A DNA stretch of 61,230 nucleotides from a virus (Duplodnaviria > Caudoviricetes). Position numbers and translations under genes: made by a program. The notes below the pieces were generated by a model, which saw only the letters and a program-made list of their open reading frames with translations, ran no database searches and was not told the origin of the DNA. Below, piece by piece: positions 57,701 through 61,230 of this stretch. Within the stretch, counting starts at the first letter, position 1; each line of letters starts with the position of its first letter. The DNA lies in the IMG/VR virus record IMGVR_UViG_3300042887_000389, positions 1 through 61,230 of that record; one strand, written 5' to 3'.

Positions 57701-58443
57701 AGTTGATGACTACTAAAGGATTTATTGAGGAGACCGCAGCAAACGCAGCAGCATTAGCAGCAAGCAAGTATGCAGGCGGTGGTAGAGCAATTCTACAATT
57801 ACTTGGTACACTTGGAATGATGCTTACTGACAATGAGGAAACAAAGGCTACAATTAAAAAGATGCTAAAGGGTAGTGTCTATGTAGATCCTCTTCCTACT
57901 CAGAAGTTAAGTGGATATGGTACCGCTGATAAAGTAAATTCAGCAATAATAAAATACATTCCTCAGTTTGTGGTGCTTAGTAATTTAATTCTAGATGGAA
58001 TGGGTGCAGTTAATGAATTCAAAACCATAATTGATAAGGTTCAAAATAAAGGTGTAGAAGAATTAACAGAAGATGAGGAACTAAAAGTACTAGCATTAAG
58101 CGTTATGTTTACTGCGACTCAATTATTCCTAAATTATAGAGGAACATCTTTACCATCTTACAACAACTTGAAGGCAGGAATGAAGGCAGTAAAAGAAGAA
58201 GCCGGAGTTGCTGATATAGCAGCAGGTAATGAACCTACTAAGAAGAAGTCATCTGGTGGTGGAAGTAGCAGAGGTGGAGGGATGAATAAGACCGACATGA
58301 AGAAGTATAACCCTGAGTTATATAACAAGATGTACGGTCCTGGGTCTGCTGCGTATGAAGTAGAGCAAGAGGTTAAAGCCTTCGAGAAGGAGCAGAGAGA
58401 ATTTAAAAAGAAGATGAAGGACCAGATATATGGTGGGGACTAA
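48739..58443 (+). CDS. Giant (3234 aa) polyvalent internal virion protein with LPD23-like and two zincin (HExxH) motifs
   Basis: TVAHEVAH...EEFLAE; TGWELGSDGKWRYEIPD; MLHEIQHWIQ...AGEVEARNVE. Confidence 0.8.
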   Translation: MNEQALNYSYELFKKDGYTGTLDQYKQLISSDKQALDYSYNLFKNDGYSGSVNDFNQLISPMAEKLVASEPVEPVKKKDTVSPFVDGGSGLTNFDPRTGQVVQETPAFAQKQPEVKLPKQKLPARTEFQFQPGKGLPEQKTAPLPKFVEEQLSAVKPELIGKTEENVVPQLKYQFGPLGFKFEETGAGDFMKATSPSGESIEISLDIIDPADREVEANKLNAFLRKGTTAVKNLSTLQKQYTDANKKIVSQKELDESLASINAEETKILARNAEFVKTQNKLEAEKAQLESVPVQQRNNPEYIARVDDFISRADQFSGEFQSFIKDAQDLSKRGQQLNRSIGKYTEMKAQQGTWYGAALNAVANKSIYNMAKGFSGLAIDFLGEVIPTQAIMSQDDYEKNFIEQAKKEGVDIAEGEDFISITSRLSPETIANIENRVRDVAKKSVKGEIIGGLDKASKTIMESSGVSPEYYRSIEETFVGGALLGALTSIPAMAGGPIARTVLMSSQVLAGLDDEMANDPAFADVSENEKLLVKAPIAVAVGILESVGLSNLLKQKGFLNGLVLKALGKVGTGASYKTFGEVIKNEIDSAIGRGALTLGAGVLAEVETGALQEVADITAKEIYNMAKEKKMFDTPDSVVQFIEQVGKAGLQEGIGAGVLAVPGSISAAYRGKGFLGMDDAQFAMFEKMANDSNIQKGFIARLKSRINAGEITSAEGKDILNNYRNSISLFNSLPDNLDMKGKKEAMNLLKEKRELERQIDGKDQALTVPQRNRVNEINQQLTKLSEDAVQKQAAGEVPVQPGTRVSQEMAQGEPQAEPQGVTQEGQEKINEIERRRQEELSTYDEEGLNEVYEVGSDQTVGEFINAKYDAELAALEQPTQEVDVEGEVSRLEQLFAEQETAPTVSAGISISNDADVEELRNRTKSKSQQATTQEEKESSSTRLKIIDTAKKAIKTLKSVFPDIDIVIHDDEGSYNAAMADMDGASGTRGNFSYETTPDGKTTGRIDINLSRANSRTVAHEVAHGILFKTFGENVNLFNDFRTRLSKVLKGDANKKLNDFAAKYVDPVTGQLLDVNHEEFLAELTGMLEQQETSVSVSTMQKVAALINEFVSKITGGKFKPFEDTKNTKDVVDFFNTISGAIREGSEIQQLNSQEPYSSGVAIPVSNPQEFVGKKFKSQVDIGDYKFPSGIDILTIADLPIKTLTELVRQYEGRVLIITSDATGYGVDKNGDAILGGFGFASNKKNVDDGIGFASVSTGTVRGTYTAAEKAYGTGKTLVLVMIQPPHTTINNSYGAKYIIRGLKEIAASSKEELAKTKDAIKSFIKGSKAIQNELKNDQAALKRGSEKRLFDLIDSIDENTNLEEAVKEFLNDTTFTIRKELGKGIILENKNIRTNKSTNYSKIALNNVGYNIYDFLKEYGDNTFLTDDLILNNTGGYVVGGFELDVLPKEQRETLINDIQGSGIVHPLFNAKLPGTNHFRLDGLYDVQENFSEYAKPDTEISLSKEERDALVREIYKDDKFYKAEARLIPLDKRSYTNLTVPAKTEFKDKYLKQRGLLTEATPNVPTKVAKGEGFIPREGAAEQMAKRDFVSRTQDEATPKSKRVSKSQIIGENAQLEAVVRHDLGVAKILSREGLLPQRTKLITGWELGSDGKWRYEIPDGKFKENIDISSPSKLSDIFDAPDLYKAYPEARNIEVEFKLLPEKEFGNFSPDTGAIIINRSKYKNDRAAAELTMLHEIQHWIQVKEIFQGGSSVVQAEFKMKKIVDYFEKLVKKRESIYDSARLFYSDNQEVVKEAKELLDFAKSQYDIVKELTFEKGTKEEKAKATEMIKNLSEYAKRGIPSAQNLIDELSKKNPAEAFNLYYRVAGEVEARNVEYRNKLTKSQKRNILLSDTENIDRDDQIMIDSFNFIFQADEMKNEFRVSKSQLDDQDRINKLINDARAQGFSEEAIILFLQRKGLTDKVIDTAMAKAEPAAKKVEVTEEFAPGYDRVLNNMFGKDGVVAKSRRRGVSEEGTIENAIKYLRGTKVYENATDVQREAMERNVNKEFKKREKRAPSAEKVVGKPKKKEVTVDEMAALKDQIKLEARAAREAKGDLNTKRKALAARIIAARRKGTITAAQARALVNRISKVNLDNPIMVDRLIEYTDKVFDDANYAADMAELRKLQKQAKSRKHTSMSNLVDRFTSINPELIPLDKIQEYKEALDFLNNRTPSYSKMNEMLSEIESYQVDDQFDAVKTKDGLIDKFNSILSNKVESVEDYIALIKDINSFKRKAYQLLQNEVITQEEYEDLIDGAGKNQATIEKKFAEQIKKIKSDLISEIKTQRPKTNPEFTKEENDLIKEYLELSDADLESLSPEELFILNDLLENISNGEIDVFRFGNIVSKASKNKEGVAVGKQLKGSKLSLGSAELRKKMAQFESSFWEGLLGLGRATSGPLQKFIISPFNRAIGSYEKFLRDGYNDFLKLKKKYKIDDSKLIKSTKQMTKIGMLTTYLQEYMAQFDPNNKGVDNIGKRDWFKEILASETMRDDYSPEELKIIEEVYKSLPKDKDGNVDPKAVYDSYMANDGKFFTENEKGFFDEVMEWKKKNSTSKQKAANEMNGNPFKEIPFHMLRSRYGSSAPQIAPSTSGDNGMVRIKAGTGKERVSEAVGAINTNFEKLFIKGLEQTGRDYFLSKALKDINNVLASAKKELAGDKDPLVKAISYTLSDALAYEFSDTASQNILKRLVQARAAMTLFDPIRAGVEFTSTLLSFGLRARTLSGYKNLFGSQGDMKNLLEFTNSPLRLRQNINNAIDINDGRIEPQGMFMKWTTFLSGLPERTMMVTSWMPTFTNEFQNITGEKFDMKKFNDSEAYREKYGKAIKDASAVADAQTEKIIGPTTKAGQRRDIIIFPGKTVGRDTVSGQILGFFSNYPYREITEFFNGFREALEVLKKGDTVDSLSKLQKPLGIALNVAAYGFLSSVVYASRLILFGDDEEEERGEKLLEELMTTKGFIEETAANAAALAASKYAGGGRAILQLLGTLGMMLTDNEETKATIKKMLKGSVYVDPLPTQKLSGYGTADKVNSAIIKYIPQFVVLSNLILDGMGAVNEFKTIIDKVQNKGVEELTEDEELKVLALSVMFTATQLFLNYRGTSLPSYNNLKAGMKAVKEEAGVADIAAGNEPTKKKSSGGGSSRGGGMNKTDMKKYNPELYNKMYGPGSAAYEVEQEVKAFEKEQREFKKKMKDQIYGGD

Positions 58444-58637
58444 AAGTCCTCATCATATTCTATTGTCTTGATGATATCCCTAAGATCCTTGATAAGTATC
58501 TTAACGTCATCCTTAACGGATTCGTATTCCCTGTCCACGAGTTTCTCGTAAATCATAGCAACGCTGGCATGGAAGCCTTCGGTAGTGAAGGCTATCCTTG
58601 CTGCTCTATCCCTCTCTTGTTGGAGTCTTCCATCCAT
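58440..58637 (-). CDS. Hypothetical protein
   Basis: Last ORF of the leftward operon, convergent with the giant gene. Confidence 0.6.
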   Translation of the reverse strand: MDGRLQQERDRAARIAFTTEGFHASVAMIYEKLVDREYESVKDDVKILIKDLRDIIKTIEYDEDF

Positions 58638-59077
58638 TCTTTCTCTGTTATAAAATTGTAAATAGGTCTCATTCTTTCTTTGAGTAATCTAAGTTCCTGC
58701 TTAAGTGCCTCATTCTCTTGCACTAATCTACCAACAATATTGTATGAATTCACAGGTTCGTCCTTAAATTTATTCATCACAACCATTTCTTTACACTTAA
58801 GATACAAACTTCTGAATTTTGAATCCAGTTCAACAAGGTCATTGAATCTTTTAAGATAGTACTCAGCAGCGTATCTGCTCTTCTTCATGCTCAGTGCAAT
58901 GCTTTCAACGTGCATGCCTGTGTCCTTTAGTATAGAGGCTAATATCATTCTAGCCTCCACCTCACCACGGTATCTTGTGGTGGACAGGATTCGTTCTCCT
59001 GTTACCATCTCAACTATGTTGCGTATGTTTTCAATCTTTTTCTGATCCTCCATAAAAGAGTTCTGCTTTGATTCCAT
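58592..59077 (-). CDS. Second DnaA-domain-IV-like protein with C-terminal coiled coil
   Basis: IVEMVTG..ILSTTRYRGEVEARMILASIL...SIALSMKKS. Confidence 0.55.
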   Translation of the reverse strand: MESKQNSFMEDQKKIENIRNIVEMVTGERILSTTRYRGEVEARMILASILKDTGMHVESIALSMKKSRYAAEYYLKRFNDLVELDSKFRSLYLKCKEMVVMNKFKDEPVNSYNIVGRLVQENEALKQELRLLKERMRPIYNFITEKEWMEDSNKRGIEQQG

Positions 59078-59285
59078 GTTTCTGTAGTTCTTTGATTCTA
59101 TATTCCTGTAGTTTACTTGGCTTACCTGTGGCTCGCTTCACCTCGTAGAACTCAACGTCAGAGTTCTTGGGGATAGCAATGAGGTCTGGGATACCATTCT
59201 TATTGGTCTTGATTAACTTGATAACGTAGTACCCCTGATCCTCAAGGTCCTTGATAAGCTTAGTCTGTACCTGTTGCTCTGTCAT
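59031..59285 (-). CDS. VRR-NUC domain nuclease (start likely MTEQQVQ)
   Basis: EQQVQ, GYYVIK, GIPDL, FYEVKR, PSKLQ.YRI. Confidence 0.85.
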   Translation of the reverse strand: MTEQQVQTKLIKDLEDQGYYVIKLIKTNKNGIPDLIAIPKNSDVEFYEVKRATGKPSKLQEYRIKELQKHGIKAELFYGGSEKD

Positions 59286-59517
59286 AGGGCCTAAAGTTTT
59301 TCTTAGCAATCATCAATGCTTCTGCCTCAGTGTCAGCAACACCTGTGTCGTATGTAAAGCCATCGCTGAACCAGTACAGCCAATCACCACCTATTGATTG
59401 GAACACACCTATTGATCCTACAGGAACCTCTCTCATGTAGAATAACTTCTTTGCTTGGTCTCTTAGATAGATTGTCATGATATTATTGTTTAGTCTGTAC
59501 AAAATCCTGCTTGACAT
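59260..59517 (-). CDS. Hypothetical protein
   Basis: ORF in the leftward operon; start probably internal (MTIYL). Confidence 0.55.
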   Translation of the reverse strand: MSSRILYRLNNNIMTIYLRDQAKKLFYMREVPVGSIGVFQSIGGDWLYWFSDGFTYDTGVADTEAEALMIAKKNFRPYDRATGTD

Positions 59518-60329
59518 CCACTCCCAGTTCCAAAGAAGAAGTCTTGTTGTAAACCAATAGTTTTAATTTGCTCGTATCTCATTTCCTTTTTCCAGTTCGC
59601 ATGTGTTTCTTGATCAGCAAACCATTGCATCTTATTGGGTTCGTTGTCCCAATTCTTTCTAAGCTGTTGAACTGGTTTCCAAAAACATCCAACGCAATTG
59701 CTATCTGCCGGGAAAGTAATTCCTATTTTTTGTGACCATTGGTAAATAGGATAGTGAGTTATTTTATCTTCAATTAAAGGGAAGTATCCCTCTCTCCATT
59801 CTAATTCTTCCCATTTATTTCTTGTACCTCTTTTGCCTACAATTCCTTTAAAGGTAGTACTAAATCTTTCTGATCTTTCCTTTTCATCGTATCTAAATCC
59901 GATCCCCATTCTTACTTTCTCATTGATGTTTTTAAACCACCAATCAAAGATAGGTCTGATTTTCATCTCAGTAGTACAGAATCTCCATTGGTTATTTGGC
60001 AAACCTTTGCCTCCAGTTATTTTTCTATTTACCCTTTCAAAAGTATCACCTACAACCCATATAATTTCTTGACCTAGCAACTGCTCAAGGTCTCTCATTG
60101 CATACAGAGTAAGGTCACTCTCTGCTGTAGCAATAAAGTCTTTACCTATTTTTTCAGAAACATATTTAACTATGCTCTCATCTTTAGGCTTACAGTTTAT
60201 GTCATTGATCTGTACCAGGGCAAATAGATTGTAGTCAGCAGGGTAATGCATAGCCATGTAACTTGATGTCTTGCCTCCACTTAAACTATTAATTATTTTC
60301 ATTTCATTATATCTTTTAATTGGTTCCAA
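59490..60329 (-). CDS. PAPS-reductase-like PP-loop protein
   Basis: SLSGGKTSSYMA, RFCTTEMKIRP, IGFRYDE, FPLI, SNCVGCFWK, GCQAGFC. Confidence 0.8.
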   Translation of the reverse strand: MEPIKRYNEMKIINSLSGGKTSSYMAMHYPADYNLFALVQINDINCKPKDESIVKYVSEKIGKDFIATAESDLTLYAMRDLEQLLGQEIIWVVGDTFERVNRKITGGKGLPNNQWRFCTTEMKIRPIFDWWFKNINEKVRMGIGFRYDEKERSERFSTTFKGIVGKRGTRNKWEELEWREGYFPLIEDKITHYPIYQWSQKIGITFPADSNCVGCFWKPVQQLRKNWDNEPNKMQWFADQETHANWKKEMRYEQIKTIGLQQDFFFGTGSGCQAGFCTD

Positions 60330-60493
60330 ATTTCATGCTGTGTATCACCCCAATAATAATCACACTTACCATCCTTGATTGGTGGCTCCATAAAATAGGA
60401 TTGCCTAAACTCATTTGGAATTGCTGTGAACCTATAGCAGGATTCTTTTGCAGGACAATTAGTCCCCTTGCACATTGTTATGTCTGGACTCAT
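60299..60493 (-). CDS. Small Cys-rich conserved phage protein
   Basis: DITMCKGTNCP.KESCYRF...QSYF...CDYYW. Confidence 0.75.
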   Translation of the reverse strand: MSPDITMCKGTNCPAKESCYRFTAIPNEFRQSYFMEPPIKDGKCDYYWGDTQHEIWNQLKDIMK

Positions 60494-60690
60494 AGTTTCT
60501 CTAGTTCTTGTTTAACTTGATTCCAATATTCCCAATCATAATTTGAATAAATTATTTCAAGTATTTGCTCTACTGCTATCAATGCACATCTTATAGCAGC
60601 GTATATATCTCTGACATCATTGTATCCATCTTGGGACTCACTATGTATGAACTTATTTATTAGTTCTTCTGCTTGTTCTTTAGGTGTCAT
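60490..60690 (-). CDS. Conserved small Bacteroidota-phage protein (start likely MTPKEQA)
   Basis: MTPKEQAEEL...CALIAVEQI...YWNQVKQELEKL. Confidence 0.7.
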   Translation of the reverse strand: MTPKEQAEELINKFIHSESQDGYNDVRDIYAAIRCALIAVEQILEIIYSNYDWEYWNQVKQELEKL

Positions 60691-60886
60691 CTCCGTAGGT
60701 TTCGTTGTAGTACTGTTCCATTTTGTATCGATGCAGAATAAGATCAGATGCACCATGTCTATGTGCCGATTCTATTTGCATCTTTTCTCTTTGCTTGGCT
60801 TCTTGTAAGATGCTTTGCCAAGTAAACTTATCTATTGGTGTCTCCCACAATCTGTTGAATAACCAATCTACTGCTGTCTGTTTCAT
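60680..60886 (-). CDS. Conserved small Bacteroidota-phage protein
   Basis: MKQTAVDWL...AKQREK.QI...EQYYNETY. Confidence 0.75.
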   Translation of the reverse strand: MKQTAVDWLFNRLWETPIDKFTWQSILQEAKQREKMQIESAHRHGASDLILHRYKMEQYYNETYGDDT

Positions 60887-61035
60887 AGCTTATCAATTAA
60901 ATTATTTAAGTTCTCATCTGATAGGAAGTTCTCCTTGTTAGTACTCCAATAGTCTAGGTACCTATCCCTGTGTATAGCGTACCACTTCTGTGTGTATTCA
61001 TTCCAATGAAATACGTAGTTCCAAATATTTTCCAT
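60883..61035 (-). CDS. 50-aa aromatic-rich protein (not in track)
   Basis: MENIWNYVFHWNEYTQKWYAIHRDRYLDYW...KL*, ATGA-coupled to 60886. Confidence 0.6.
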   Translation of the reverse strand: MENIWNYVFHWNEYTQKWYAIHRDRYLDYWSTNKENFLSDENLNNLIDKL

Positions 61036-61103
61036 GTCGTTTGTTGTTAAAGTTTGCTACTGTTGGTAGGCACTAGCGACCGAAACATATAACCCTATCT
61101 ATC

Positions 61104-61230
61104 TATTTTTAAAATGATTAACTGTGTAGTCCTTCTTCTTTATCACTGTCTTGTACACGTCATGCTCAATGCCTCCCTTACTGAAGACCCAGTACACATG
61201 GTTGAACGAACGATCCTTTGTTGTCATCCT
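61104..61230. repeat. Terminal direct repeat, right copy of 1-127
   Basis: Exact match to the first 127 nt. Confidence 0.97.

Noticed and set aside
48739-58443. Virion RNA polymerase as in crAss-like or N4-like phages
   Set aside because: No DxDxD/DFDGD catalytic motif or single-subunit RNAP motif found by eye; host-type TAnnTTTG promoters are used instead
61045-61085. Hairpin after the helicase stop as a riboswitch or ncRNA
   Set aside because: Only a short imperfect stem (GCTAGTG/CAGTAGC); not enough to support a call
61104-61230. 127-bp terminal repeat as biological direct terminal repeats
   Set aside because: Length equals a standard assembler k-mer and it falls inside a gene; best read as a circular-assembly overlap
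1-61230. Stop-codon reassignment, tRNA genes, integrase or att site
   Set aside because: Genes are intact and densely packed in the standard code with all three stops used; no full cloverleaf or integrase motif seen by eye (tRNAscan and HMM searches would be decisive)

Overview
The window is a complete, circularly assembled dsDNA tailed-phage genome of about 61,103 bp. Positions 1-127 are repeated exactly at 61104-61230, and an SF2 helicase gene reads through that junction. Repeated TAnnTTTG boxes before genes and the gene families present point to a Bacteroidota host. The head/tail layout suggests a podovirus-like, GroEL-encoding Bacteroidota phage (inference). The leftward arm (58440-61103 plus 1-12475) holds replication, recombination and early genes: helicase, primase-helicase, RecE-like nuclease, Sak3-like annealase, C5 DNA methyltransferase, PAPS-reductase-like protein, VRR-NUC and many small ORFs. 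The mostly rightward arm (12965-58443) holds GroEL/GroES, basic microproteins, lysis genes, tail fibre, terminase, portal, capsid, tail proteins and a 3234-aa polyvalent protein. I recognised no DNA/RNA polymerase, integrase, tRNA, CRISPR or reverse transcriptase. The most striking signals are five. (1) A ~300-bp non-coding tract between convergent genes (16041-16360) is tiled with 9 clear and several weaker, mutually different operator-like palindromes, a candidate DNA decoy array. (2) The C5 methyltransferase has its motif IX in a nested second reading frame. (3) A ~130-bp origin-like element is present twice. (4) Three TTGAC-N5-GTCAA sites lie at the strand switch. (5) Modules of the giant protein are bracketed by a repeated (RVS)KSQ motif. 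All family assignments come from motif recognition by eye, not database searches.
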